Source of the DNA: Eledone cirrhosa
Taxonomy: Eukaryota
Direction of reading: 5' to 3'
NCBI GenBank assembly: GCA_964016885.1
Contig: OZ024744.1
Location: 134,912,001-134,976,000, forward strand
DNA length: 64,000 bases
Numbering within the stretch: the first letter of the stretch is position 1; every line of letters starts with the position of its first letter. The notes beneath the pieces are model-generated. The model made no database searches. It was not told the DNA's origin and was given only the letters and a program-made list of their open reading frames with translations. This document shows, in pieces, positions 35,993-48,816 of this stretch. The position numbers and the translations under genes are program-made.

Positions 35993-38900
35993 AGTCGGGG
36001 TTAAGTTAAGTTGGCGTTATGTTAACTCAGGCTTAACTTAAGTTGGGGTTCAGTTAAGTTGGGGGTAAGTTAAGTTGCGGGTAAGTTAAGTTGGGGTTAA
36101 GTTAAGTTGCGGTTAAGTTGGGGTTAAGTTAAGTTAGGGTTAAGTTAAGTTGGGGTTGAGTTAAGTTGGGGTTAATTAAGTGGTGGTTATGTTAAGTTGG
36201 GGTTAATTTAAATTGGGGTTAAGTTAACTTTGTGGTTAAGTTAAGTTGGGGTTAAGTTAAGTTGGGGTTAAGTTGGGGTTGAGTTAAGTTGGGGTTGAGT
36301 GAAGTTGGGGTTAAGTTAAGTTGGGGTAAAGTTAAGTTGGGGTTAAGTTAAGTCGGGGTTAAGTTAAGTTGTGGTTGAGTTAAGTTGGGGTTAATTTAAG
36401 TTGGGGCTAAGTTAATTTGTGGTTAAGTTAAGTTGGGGTTAAGTTAAGTTGGGGTTAAGTTAAGTTGGGGTTGAGTTAAGTTGGGGTTGAGTTAAGTTGG
36501 GGTTAAGTTAAGTTGGGGTCAAGTTAAGTTGGGGTTAAGTTGGGGTTAAGTTAAGTTAGGTTTAAGTTAAGTTGGGGTTAAGTTAAGTTGGGGTTAAGTT
36601 AAGTTGGGGTTAAGTTAAGTTGGGGTTAAGTTAAGTTGGGGTTAAGTTAATTTGTGGTTAAGTTAAGTTGGGGTTAAGTTAAGTTGGGGTTAAGTTAAGT
36701 CGGGGTTAAGTTAAGTTGGGGTTAAGTTAAGTTGGGGTTAATTTAAGTTGGGGTTAAGTTAAGTTGGGGTTAAATTAAGTTGGGGTTAAGTTAAGTTGGG
36801 GTTAAGTTAAGTTGGTGTTAAGTTAAGTTGGGGCTAAGTTAAGTTGGGGCTGAGTTAAGTTGGGGCTGAGTTAAGTTGGGGCTAAGTTAAGTTGGGGTTG
36901 AGTTAAGTTGGGGTTAAGTTGGGGTTAAGTTAAGTTAGGTTTAAGTTAAGTTGGGGTTAAGTTAAGTTGGGGTTAAGTTAAGTTGGGGTTAAGTTAAGTT
37001 GGGGTTAAGTTAAGTTGGGGTTAAGTTAATTTGTGGTTAAGTTAAGTTGTGGTTAAGTTAAGTTGGGGTTAAGTTAAGTTGGGGTTAAGTTAAGTCGGGG
37101 TTAAATTAAGTTGGGGTTAAGTTAAGTTGGGGTTAATTTAAGTTGGGGTTAAGTTATGTTGGGGTTAAGTTAATTGGGGTTAAGTTAAGTTGAGGTTAAG
37201 TTAAGTTGGGGTTAAATTAAGTTGGGGTTAAGTTAAGTTGGGGTTAAGTTAAGTTGGGTTAAGTTAAGTTGGGGATAAGTTAAGTTGGGGATAATTTAAG
37301 TTGGGGTTAAGTTAAGTTGGGTTTAAGTTAAGTTGGGGTTAAGTTAAGTTGGGGCTAAGTTAAGTTGGGGCTAAGTTAAGTTGGGGTTAAGTTAAGTTGG
37401 GGTTAAGTTAAGTCGGGGTTAAGTTAAGTTGGGGTTAAGTTAAGTTGGGGTTAATTTAAGTTGGGGTTGAGTTAAGTTGGTGTTGAGTTAAGTTGGGGTT
37501 AAGTTAAGTTGGGGTTAAGTTAAGTTGCAGTTAAGTTAAGTTGAGGTTAAGTTAAGGTGCGGTTAAGTTAAGTTGGGGTTAAGTTAAGTTGGGGCTAAGT
37601 TAAGTTGGGGCTAAGTTACGTTGGGGTTAAGTTAAGTTGGGGTTAAGTTAAGTCGGGGTTAAGTTAAGTTGGGGTTAAGTTAAGTTGGGGTTAATTTAAG
37701 TTGGGGTTAAGTTAATTTGGGGTTAAGTTAAGTTGGGGTTAAGTTAAGTTGGGGTTAAGTTAAGTCGGGGTTAATTTAAGTCGGGGTTAAGTTAAGTTAG
37801 GGTTCAGTTAAGTTGGGGTTAAGTTAAGTTGGGGTTGAGTTAAGTTGGGGTTGAGTTAAATTGGGGTTGAGTTAAGTTGGGGTTGAGTTAAGTTGGTGTT
37901 GAGTTAAGTTGGGGTTAAGTTAAGTTGGGGTTAAGTTAAGTTGCAGTTAAGTTAAGTTGAGGTTAAGTTAAGGTGGGGTTAAGTTAAGTCGGGGTTAAGT
38001 TAAGTTGTGGTTGAGTTAAGTTGGGGTTAAGTTAAGTTGGGGTTAAGTTAAGTTGGGGTTGAGTTAAGTTGGGGTTGAGTTAATTTGGGGTTAAGTTAAG
38101 TTGGGGTTAAGTTAAGTTGGGTTTAAGTTAAGTTGGGGTTAAATTAAGTTGGGGTTAAATTAAGTTGGGGTTAAGTTAAGTTGGGGGTAAGTTAAGTTGG
38201 GGGCAAGTTAAGTTGGGGTTAATTTAAGTTGGGGTTAAATTAAGTTGGGGTTACGTTAAGTTGGTGTTAAGTTAAGTTGGGGTTAATTTAAGTTGGGGTT
38301 AATTAAGTTGGGGTTAAGTTAAGTTGGGGTTAAGTTAAGTTGGGGTTAATTTAAGTTGGGGTTGAGTTAAGTTGGGGTTAAGTTAAGTTGGGGTTATATT
38401 AAGTTGGGGTTAAGTTAAGTTGGGGTTCAGTTAAGTTGGCGATAAGTTAAGTTGGGGTTAAGTTAAGTTGGGGTTAATTAAGTTGGGGTTAAGTTAAGTT
38501 GGGGTTAAGTTAAGTTGGGGCTAAGTTAAGTTGGGGCTGAGTTAAGTTGGGGCTGAGTTAAGTTGGGGTTAAGTTAAGTTGGGGTTGAGTTAAGTTGGGG
38601 TTAAGTTAAGTTGGGGTCAAGTTAAGTTGGGGTTAAGTTGGGGTTAAGTTAAGTTAGGTTTAAGTTAAGTTGGGGTTAAGTTAAGTTGGGGTTAAGTTAA
38701 GTTGGGGTTAAGTTAAGTTGGGGTTAAGTTAATTTGTGGTTTAGTTAAGTTGGGGTTAAGTTAAGTTGGGGTTAAGTTAAGTTGGGGTTAAGTTAAGTCG
38801 GGGTTAAGTTAAGTTGGGGTTAAGTTAAGTGGGGTTAAGTTAAGTTGGGGTTAAGTTAAGTTGGGGTTAAGTTAAGTTGGGGTTAAGTTAAGTTGAGGTT

Positions 38901-39711
38901 AAGTTAAGTTGGGGTTAAATTAAGTTGGGGTTAAGTTAAGTTGGGGTTAAGTTAAGTTGGGGTTAAGTTAAGTTGGGGATAAGTTAAGTTGGGGATAATT
39001 TAAGTTGGGGTTAAGTTAAGTTGGGTTTAAGTTAAGTTGGGGTTAAGTTAAGTTGGGGTTAAGTTAAGTTGGGGTTAAGTTAAGTTGGGGCTAAGTTAAG
39101 TTGGGGCTGAGTTAAGTTGGGGTTAATTTAAGTTGGGGTTAAGTTAAGTTGGGATTAATTTAAGTTGGGGTTTATTTAAGTTGGGGTTAAGTTAAGTTGG
39201 GGTTCAGTTAAGTTGGGGTTAAGTTAAGTTGGGGTTAAGATGGGGTTAAATTAAGTTGGGGTTAAGTTAAGTTGGGGTTAAGTTAAGTTGGGGATAAGTT
39301 AAGTTGGGGTTAAGTTAAATCGGGGTTAAGTTAAGTCGGGGTTAAGTTAAGTTAGGGTTCTGTTAAGTTGGGGTTAAGTTAAGTTGGGGTTGAGTTAAGT
39401 TGGGGTTGAGTTAAATTGGGGTTGAGTTAAGTTGGGGTTGAGTTAAGTTGGTGTTGAGTTAAGTTGGGGTTAAGTTAAGTTGGGGTTAAGTTAAGTTGCA
39501 GTTAAGTTAAGTTGAGGTTAAGTTAAGGTGCGGTTAAGTTAAGTTGGGGTTAAGTTAAGTTGGGGCTAAGTTAAGTTGGGGCTAAGTTAAGTTGGGGCTA
39601 AGTTAAGTCGGGGTTAAGTTAAGTTGGGGTTAAGTTAAGTTGGGGTTAATTTAAGTTGGGGTTAAGTTAAGTTGGGGTTAAGTTAAGTTGGGGTTAAGTT
39701 AAGTTGGGGTT

Positions 39712-39927
39712 AACCCCAACTTAACTTAACCCCAACTTAACTTAACCCCAACTTCACTCAACCCCAACGTAACTCAACCCCAACTTAACTTAACCCCAAC
39801 TTCACTCAACCCCAACTTAACTTAACCCCAACTTCACTCAACCCCAACTTAAGTCAACCCCAACTTAACTTAACCCCAACTTGACTTAACCCCAACTTAA
39901 CTTAGCCCCAACTTAACTTAAGCCCAA
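39712..39927 (-). repeat. Inverted satellite island 13 (type C, 216 bp)
   Basis: Paralog of island 7. Confidence 0.97.
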
Positions 39928-41832
39928 AGTCGGGGTTAAGTTAAGTTGGCGTTAAGTTAAGTTAGGCTTAACTTAAGTTGGGGGTAAGTTAAGTTGGGGG
40001 TAAGTTAAGTTGGGGTTAAGTTAAGTTGCGGTTAAGTTGGGGTTAAGTTAAGTTAGGGTTAAGTTAAGTTGGCGTTGAGTTAAGTTGGGGTTAATTAAGT
40101 GGTGGTTATGTTAAGTTGGGGTTAATTTAAATTGGGGTGAAGTTAACTTTGTGGTTAAGTTAAGTAGGGGTTAAGTTAAGTTGGGGTTAAGTTGGGGTTG
40201 AGTTAAGTTGGGGTTGAGTGAAGTTGGGGTTAAGTTAAGTTGGGGTAAAGTTAAGTTGGGGTTAAGTTAAGTCGGGGTTAAGTTAAGTTGTGGTTGAGTT
40301 AAGTTGGGGTTAATTTAAGTTGGGGCTAAGTTAATTTGTGGTTAAGTTAAGTTGCAGTTAAGTTAAGTTGAGGTTAAGTTAAGTTGGGGTTAAGTTAAGT
40401 TGGGGTTAAGTTAAGTTGGGGTTCAGTTAAGTTGGGGTTAAGTTAAGTTGGGGTTAAGATGGGGTTAAATTAAGTTGGGGTTAAGTTAATTTAGGGTTAA
40501 GTTAAGTTGGGCTTAAGTTAAGTCGGGGTTAAGTTAAGTCGGGGTTAAGTTAAGTCGGGGTTAAGTTAAGTTAGGGTTCAGTTAAGTTGGGGTTAAGTTA
40601 AGTTGGGGTTGAGTTAAGTTGGGGTTGAGTTAAATTGGGGTTGAGTTAAGTTGGGGTTGAGTTAAGTTGGTGTTGAGTTAAGTTGGGGTTAAGTTAAGTT
40701 GGGGTTAAGTTAAGTTGCAGGTAAGTTAAGTTGAGGTTAAGTTAAGGTGCGGTTAAGTTAAGTTGGGGTTAAGTTAAGTTGGGGTTAAGTTGGGGTTAAG
40801 TTAAGTTAGGTTTAAGTTAAGTTGGGGTTAAGTTAAGTTGGGGTTAAGTTAAGTTGGGGTTAAGTTAAGTTGGGGTTAAGTTAAGTTGGGGTTAAGTTAA
40901 TTTGTGGTTTAGTTAAGTTGGGGTTGAGTTAAGTTGGGGTTAAGTTAAGTTGGGGTTAAGTTAAGTCGGGGTTAAGTTAAGTTGGGGTTAAGTTAAGTTG
41001 GGGTTAAGTTAAGTTGGGGTTAAGTTAAGTTGGGGTTAAGTTAAGTTGGGGTTAAGTTAAGTTGAGGTTAAGTTAAGTTGGGGTTAAATTAAGTTGGGGT
41101 TAAGTTAAGTTGGGGTTAAGTTAAGTTGGGGTTAAGTTAAGTTGGGGATAAGTTAAGTTGGGGATAATTTAAGTTGGGGTTAAGTTAAGTTGGGTTTAAG
41201 TTAAGTTGGGGTTAAGTTAAGTTGGGGTTAAGTTAAGTTGGGGTTAAGTTAAGTTGGGGCTAAGTTAAGTTGGGGCTGAGTTAAGTTGGGGTTAATTTAA
41301 GTTGGGGTTAAGTTAAGTTGGGATTAATTTAAGTTGGGGTTTATTTAAGTTGGGGTTAAGTTAAGTTGGGGTTCAGTTAAGTTGGGGTTAAGTTAAGTTG
41401 GGGTTAAGATGGGGTTAAATTAAGTTGGGGTTAAGTTAAGTTGGGGTTAAGTTAAGTTGGGGTTAAGTTAAGTTGGGGTTAAGTTAAGTCGGGGTTAAGT
41501 TAAGTCGGGGTTAAGTTAAGTTAGGGTTCTGTTAAGTTGGGGTTAAGTTAAGTTGGGGTTGAGTTAAGTTGGGGTTGAGTTAAATTGGGGTTGAGTTAAG
41601 TTGGGGTTGAGTTAAGTTGGTTTTGAGTTAAGTTGGGGTTAAGTTAAGTTGGGGTTAAGTTAAGTTGCAGTTAAGTTAAGTTGAGGTTAAGTTAAGGTGC
41701 GGTTAAGTTAAGTTGGGGTTAAGTTAAGTTGGGGCTAAGTTAAGTTGGGGCTAAGTTAAGTTGGGGCTAAGTTAAGTCGGGGTTAAGTTAAGTTGGGGTT
41801 AAGTTAAGTTGGGGTTAAGTTAAGTTGGGGTT

Positions 41833-42048
41833 AACCCCAACTTAACTTAACCCCAACTTAACTTAACCCCAACTTCACTCAACCCCAACGTAACTCAACC
41901 CCAACTTAACTTAACCCCAACTTCACTCAACCCCAACTTAACTTAACCCCAACTTCACTCAACCCCAACTTAAGTCAACCCCAACTTAACTTAACCCCAA
42001 CTTGACTTAACCCCAACTTAACTTAGCCCCAACTTAACTTAAGCCCAA
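41833..42048 (-). repeat. Inverted satellite island 14 (type C, 216 bp)
   Basis: Paralog of island 8. Confidence 0.97.
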
Positions 42049-43223
42049 AGTCGGGGTTAAGTTAAGTTGGCGTTAAGTTAAGTTAGGCTTAACTTAAGTT
42101 GGGGGTAAGTTAAGTTGGGGGTAAGTTAAGTTGGGGTTATGTTAAGTTGCGGTTAAGTTGGGGTTAAGTTAAGTTAGGGTTAAGTTAAGTTGGCGTTGAG
42201 TTAAGTTGGGGTTAATTAAGTGGTGGTTATGTTAAGTTGGGGTTAATTTAAATTGGGGTGAAGTTAACTTTGTGGTTAAGTTAAGTAGGGGTTAAGTTAA
42301 GTTGGGGTTAAGTTGGGGTTGAGTTAAGTTGGGGTTGAGTGAAGTTGGGGTTAAGTTAAGTTGGGGTAAAGTTAAGTTGGGGTTAAGTTAAGTCGGGGTT
42401 AAGTTAAGTTGTGGTTGAGTTAAGTTGGGGTTAATTTAAGTTGGGGCTAAGTTAATTTGTGGTTAAGTTAAGTTGCAGTTAAGTTAAGTTGAGGTTAAGT
42501 TAAGTTGGGGTTAAGTTAAGTTGGGGTTAAGTTAAGTTGGGGTTCAGTTAAGTTGGGGTTAAGTTAAGTTGGGGTTAAGATGGGGTTAAATTAAGTTGGG
42601 GTTAAGTTAATTTAGGGTTAAGTTAAGTTGGGGTTAAGTTAAGTCGGGGTTAAGTTAAGTCGGGGTTAAGTTAAGTCGGGGTTAAGTTAAGTTAGGGTTC
42701 AGTTAAGTTGGGGTTAAGTTAAGTTGGGGTTGAGTTAAGTTGGGGTTGAGTTAAATTGGGGTTGAGTTAAGTTGGGGTTGAGTTAAGTTGGTGTTGAGTT
42801 AAGTTGGGGGTAAGTTAAGTTGGGGTTAAGTTAAGTTGCAGTTAAGTTAAGTTGAGGTTAAGTTAAGGTGCGGTTAAGTTAAGTTGGGGTTAAGTTAAGT
42901 TGGGGCTAAGTTAAGTTGGGGCTAAGTTAAGTTGGGGTTAAGTTAAGTTGGGGTTACGTTACGTTGGGGTTAAGTTAAGTTGGGGTTAATTTAAGTTGGG
43001 GTTAAGTTAAGTGGGGTTAAGTTAAGTTGGGGTTAAGTTAAGTTGGGGTTAAGTTAAGTTGGGTTTAAGTTAAGTTGGGGTTAAGTTAAGTTGGGGTCAA
43101 GTTAAGTTGGGGTTAAGTTAAGTTGGTTAGTTAAGTTGAGTTTAAGGTAAGTTGGTGTTAATTTAAGTTGGGGTTAAGTTAAGTTGGGGTTAAGTTAAGT
43201 TGGGGTTAAGTTAAGTTGGGGTT

Positions 43224-43434
43224 AACCCCAACTTAACTTAACCCCAACTTAACTTAACCCCAACTTCACTCAACCCCAACGTAACTCAACCCCAACTTAA
43301 CTTAACCCAACTTCACTCAACCCCAACTTAACTTAACCCCAACTTCACTCAACCCCAACTTAAGTCAACCCCAACTTAACTTAACCCCAACTTGACTTAA
43401 CCCCAACTTAAGCCCCAACTTAACTTAAGCCCAA
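43224..43434 (-). repeat. Inverted satellite island 15 (type D, 211 bp)
   Basis: Paralog of island 9; both have downstream GGTGGTTGTG. Confidence 0.97.
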
Positions 43435-46400
43435 AGTCGGGGTTAAGTTAAGTTGGCGTTAAGTTAAGTTAGGCTTAACTTAAGTTGGGGGTAAGTTAAG
43501 TTGGGGGTAAGTTAAGTTGGGGTTAAGTTAAGTTGCGGTTAAGTTGGGGTTAAGTTAAGTTAGGGTTAAGTTAAGTTGGCGTTGAGTTAAGTTGGGGTTA
43601 ATTAAGTGGTGGTTGTGTTAAGTTGGGGTTAATTTAAATTGGGGTGAAGTTAACTTTGTGGTTAAGTTAAGTTGGGGTTAAGTTAAGTTGGGGTTAAGTT
43701 GGGGTTGAGTTAAGTTGGGGTTGAGTGAAGTTGGGGTTAAGTTAAGTTGGGGTAAAGTTAAGTTGGGGTTAAGTTAAGTCGGGGTTAAGTTAAGTTGTGG
43801 TTGAGTTAAGTTGGGGTTAATTTAAGTTGGGGCTAAGTTAAGTTGGGGTTGAGTTAAGTTGGGGTTAAGTTAAGTTGGGGTCAAGTTAAGTTGGGGTTAA
43901 GTTGGGGTTAAGTTAAGTTAGGTTTAAGTTAAGTTGGGGTTAAGTTAAGTTGGGGTTAAGTTAAGTTGGGGTTAAGTTAAGTTGGGGTTAAGTTAAGTTG
44001 GGGTTAAGTTAATTTGTGGTTAAGTTAAGTTGGGGTTAAGTTAAGTTGGGGTTAAGTTAAGTTGTGGTTAAGTTAAGTCGGGGTTAAGTTAAGTTGGGGT
44101 TAAGTTAAGTTGGGGTTAATTTAAGTTGGGGTTAAGTTAAGTTGGGGTTAAGTTAAGTTGGGGTTAAGTTAAGTTGGGGTTAAGTTAAGTTGGGGTTAAG
44201 TTAAGTTGGGGATAATTTAAGTTGGGGTTAAGTTAAGTTTGGGTTTCAGTTAAGTTGGGGTTAAGTTAAGTTGGGGTTAAGTTAAGTTGGGGTTAAGTTA
44301 AGTTGGTTAGTTAAGTTGAGTTTAAGTTAAGTTGGGGTTAATTTAAGTTGGGGTTAACTTAAGCTGGGGTTAAGTTAAGTTGGGGTTAAGTTAAGTTGGG
44401 GTTAATTTAAGTTGGGGTTAAGTTAAGTTGCGGGTAATTTAAGTTGGGGTTAAGTTAAGTTGGGGTTAAGTTAAGTTGGGGTTAAGTTAAGTTGGGGTTA
44501 AGTTAAGTTGGGGCTAATTTAAGTGGGGGCTGAGTTAAGTTGGGGTTGAGTTAAGTTGGGGTTGAGTGAAGTTGGGGTTAAGTTAAGTTGGGGTAAAGTT
44601 AAGTTGGGGTTAAGTTAAGTCGGGGTTAAGTTAAGTTGTGGTTGAGTTAAGTTGGGGTTAATTTAAGTTGGGGCTAAGTTAATTTGTGGTTAAGTTAAGT
44701 TGGGGTTAAGTTAAGTTGGGGTTAAGTTAAGTTGGGGTTAAGTTAAGTTGCAGTTAAGTTAAGTTGAGGTTAAGTTAAGTTGGGGTTAAGTTAAGTTGGG
44801 GTTAAGTTAAGTTGGGGCTAAGTTAAGTTGGGGCTAAGTTAAGTTGGGGCTAAGTTAAGTTGGGGTTAAGTTAAGTTGGGGTTAAGTTAAGTTGGGGTTA
44901 ATTTAAGTTGGGGTTAAGTTAAGTTGGGGTTAAGTTAAGTTGGTGTTAAATTAAGTTGGGGCTAAGTTAAGTTGGGGCTGAGTTAAGTTGGGGCTGAGTT
45001 AAGTTGGGGTTAAGTTAAGTTGGGGTTGAGTTAAGTTGGGGTTAAGTTAAGTTGGGGTCAAGTTAAGTTGGGGTTAAGTTAAGTTGGGGTTAAGTTAAGT
45101 TGGGGTTAAGTTAAGTCGGGGTTAAGTTAAGTTGGGGTTAAGTTAAGTTGGGGTTAATTTAAGTTGGGGTTAAGTTAAGTTGGGGTTAAGTTAAGTTGGG
45201 GTTAAGTTAAGTTGGGGTTAAGTTAAGTTGGGGATAATTTAAGTTGGGGTTAAGTTAAGTTTGGGTTTAAGTTAAGTTGGGGTTAAGTTAAGTTGGGGTT
45301 AAGTTAAGTTGGGGTTAAGTTAAGTTGGTTAGTTAAGTTGAGTTTAAGTTAAGTTGGGGTTAATTTAAGTTGGGGTTAAGTTAAGTCGGGGTTAATTTAA
45401 GTCGGGGTTAAGTTAAGTTAGGGTTCAGTTAAGTTGGGGTTAAGTTAAGTTGGGGTTGAGTTAAGTTGGGGTTGAGTTAAGTTGGGGTTGAGTTAATTTG
45501 GGGTTAAGTTGGGGTTAAGTTAAGTTGGGTTTAAGTTAAGTTGGGGGCAAGTTAAGTTGGGGTTAAATTAAGTTGGGGTTAAATTAAGTTGGGGTTAAGT
45601 TAAGTTGGGGGTAAGTTAAGTTGGGGCAAGTTAAGTTGGGGTTAATTTAAGTTGGGGTTCAATTAAGTTGGGGTTACGTTAAGTTGGTGTTAAGTTAAGT
45701 TGGGGTTAATTTAAGTTGGGGTTAATTAAGTTGGGGTTAAGTTAAGTTGGGGTTAAGTTAAGTTGGGGTTAATTTAAGTTGGGGTTGAGTTAAGTTGGGG
45801 TTAAGTTAAGTTGGGGTTATATTAAGTTGGGGTTAAGTTAAGTTGGGGTTCAGTTAAGTTGGGGATAAGTTAAGTTGGGGTTAAGTTAAGTTGGGGTTAA
45901 TTAAGTTGGGGTTAAGTTAAGTTGGGGTTAAGTTAAGTTGGGGCTAAGTTAAGTTGGGGCTGAGTTAAGTTGGGGCTGAGTTAAGTTGGGGTTAAGTTAA
46001 GTTGGGGTTGAGTTAAGTTGGGGTTAAGTTAAGTTGGGGTCAAGTTAAGTTGGGGTTAAGTTGGGGTTAAGTTAAGTTAGGTTTAAGTTAAGTTGGGGTT
46101 AAGTTAAGTTGGGGTTAAGTTAAGTTGGGGTTAAGTTAAGTTGGGGTTAAGTTAATTTGTGGTTTAGTTAAGTTGGGGTTAAGTTAAGTTGGGGTTAAGT
46201 TAAGTTGGGGTTAAGTTAAGTCGGGGTTAAGTTAAGTTGGGGTTAAGTTAAGTTGGGGTTAAGTTAAGTTGGGGTTAAGTTAAGTTGGGGTTAAGTTAAG
46301 TTGAGGTTAAGTTAAGTTGGGGTTAAATTAAGTTGGGGTTAAGTTAAGTTGGGGTTAAGTTAAGTTGGGGTTAAGTTAAGTTGGGGATAAGTTAAGTTGG

Positions 46401-47167
46401 GGATGATTTAAGTTGGGGTTAAGTTAAGTTGGGTTTAAGTTAAGTTGGGGTTAAGTTAAGTTGGGGATATGTTAAGTTGGGGTTAAGTTAAGTTTGGGTT
46501 AAGTTAAGTTGGGGTTAAGTTAAGTTGGGGCTAAGTTAAGTTGGGGCTGAGTTAAGTTGGGGTTAATTTAAGTTGGGGTTAAGTTAAGTTGGGATTAATT
46601 TAAGTTGGGGTTTATTTAAGTTGGGGTTAAGTTAAGTTGGGGTTCAGTTAAGTTGGGGTTAAGTTAATTTGGGGTTAAGATGGGGTTAAATTAAGTTGGG
46701 GTTAAGTTAAGTTGGGGTTAAGTTAAGTTGGGGTTAAGTTAAGTTGGGGTTAAGTTAAGTCGGGGTTAAGTTAAGTCGGGGTTAAGTTAAGTTAGGGTTC
46801 AGTTAAGTTGGGGTTAAGTTAAGTTGGGGTTGAGTTAAATTGGGGTTGAGTTAAGTTGGTGTTGAGTTAAGTTGGGGTTAAGTTAAGTTGGGGTTAAGTT
46901 AAGTTGCAGTTAAGTTAAGTTGAGGTTAAGTTAAGGTGCGGTTAAGTTAAGTTGGGGTTAAGTTAAGTTGGGGCTAAGTTAAGTTGGGGCTAAGTTAAGT
47001 TGGGGCTAAGTTAAGTTGGGGTTAAGTTACGTTGGGGTTAAGTTAAGTCAGGGTTAAGTTAAGTTGGGGTTAAGTTAAGTTGGGGTTAATTTAAGTTGGG
47101 GTTAAGTTAAGTTGGGGTTAAGTTAAGTTGGGGTTAAGTTAAGTTGGGGTTAAGTTAAGTTGGGGTT

Positions 47168-47383
47168 AACCCCAACTTAACTTAACCCCAACTTAACTTA
47201 ACCCCAACTTCACTCAACCCCAACGTAACTCAACCCCAACTTAACTTAACCCCAACTTCACTCAACCCCAACTTAACTTAACCCCAACTTCACTCAACCC
47301 CAACTTAAGTCAACCCCAACTTAACTTAACCCCAACTTGACTTAACCCCAACTTAACTTAGCCCCAACTTAACTTAAGCCCAA
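47168..47383 (-). repeat. Inverted satellite island 16 (type C, 216 bp)
   Basis: Paralog of islands 10 and 19. Confidence 0.97.
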
Positions 47384-48605
47384 AGTCGGGGTTAAGTTAA
47401 GTTGGCGTTAAGTTAAGTTAGGCTTAACTTAAGTTGGGGGTAAGTTAAGTTGGGGGTAAGTTAAGTTGGGGTTAAGTTAAGTTGCGGTTAAGTTGGGGTT
47501 AAGTTAAGTTAGGGTTAAGTTAAGTTGGCGTTGAGTTAAGTTGGGGTTAATTAAGTGGTGGTTATGTTAAGTTGGGGTTAATTTAAATTGGGGTGAAGTT
47601 AACTTTGTGGTTAAGTTAAGTTGGGGTTAAGTTAAGTTGGGGTTAAGTTGGGGTTGAGTTAAGTTGGGGTTGAGTGAAGTTGGGGTTAAGTTAAGTTGGG
47701 GTAAAGTTAAGTTGGGGTTAAGTTAAGTCGGGGTTAAGTTAAGTTGTGGTTGAGTTAAGTTGGGGTTAATTTAAGTTGGGGCTAAGTTAATTTGTGGTTA
47801 AGTTAAGTTGGGGTTAAGTTAAGTTGGGGTTAAGTTAAGTTGGGGTTAAGTTAAGTTGCAGTTAAGTTAAGTTGAGGTTAAGTTAAGTTGGGGTTAAGTT
47901 AAGTTGGGGTTAAGTTAAGTTGGGGTTCAGTTAAGTTGGGGTTAAGTTAAGTTGGGGTTAAGATGGGGTTAAATTAAGTTGGGGTTAAGTTAAGTTGGGG
48001 TTAAGTTAAGTTGGGGTTAAGTTAAGTTGGGGTTAAGTTAAGTCGGGGTTAAGTTAAGTCGGGGTTAAGTTAAGTTAAGGTTCAGTTAAGTTGGGGTTAA
48101 GTTAAGTTGGGGTTGAGTTAAGTTGGGGTTGAGTTAAATTGGGGTTGAGTTAAGTTGGGGTTGAGTTAAGTTGGTGTTGAGTTAAGTTGGGGTTAAGTTA
48201 AGTTGGGGTTAAGTTAAGTTGCAGTTAAGTTAAGTTGAGGTTAAGTTAAGGTGCGGTTAAGTTAAGTTGGGGTTAAGTTAAGTTGGGGCTAAGTTAAGTT
48301 GGGGCTAAGTTAAGTTGGGGCTAACTTAAGTTGGGGTTAAGTTACGTTGGGGTTAAGTTAAGTCGGGGTTAAGTTAAGTTGGGGTTAAGTTAAGTTGGGG
48401 TTAATTTAATTGGGGTTAAGTTAAGTGGGGTTAAGTTAAGTTGGGGTTAAGTTAAGTTGGGTTTAAGTTAAGTTGGGGTTAAGTTAAGTTGGGGTCAAGT
48501 TAAGTTGGGGTTAATTTAAGTTGGTTAGTTAAGTTGAGTTTAAGTTAAGTTGGGGTTAATTTAAGTTGGGGTTAAGTTAAGTTGGGGTTAAGTTAAGTTG
48601 GGGTT

Positions 48606-48816
48606 AACCCCAACTTAACTTAACCCCAACTTAACTTAACCCCAACGTAACTCAACCCCAACGTAACTCAACCCCAACTTAACTTAACCCAACTTCACTC
48701 AACCCCAACTTAACTTAACCCCAACTTCACTCAACCCCAACTTAAGTCAACCCCAACTTAACTTAACCCCAACTTGACTTAACCCCAACTTAAGCCCCAA
48801 CTTAACTTAAGCCCAA
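48606..48816 (-). repeat. Inverted satellite island 17 (type D2, 211 bp)
   Basis: Type D with two consecutive AACGTAACTC monomers. Confidence 0.97.

Larger units (their letters stand above)
11935..47925 (+). repeat. ~18-kb tandem duplication (copy 1 ~11935-29920, copy 2 ~29980-47925)
   Basis: Islands 5-10 match islands 11-16 in type and order, with offsets 18044, 18023, 18023, 18007, 18007, 18007. The rare marker GGGGTTAGTTGGGG lies near 11951 and 29995. Confidence 0.93.
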
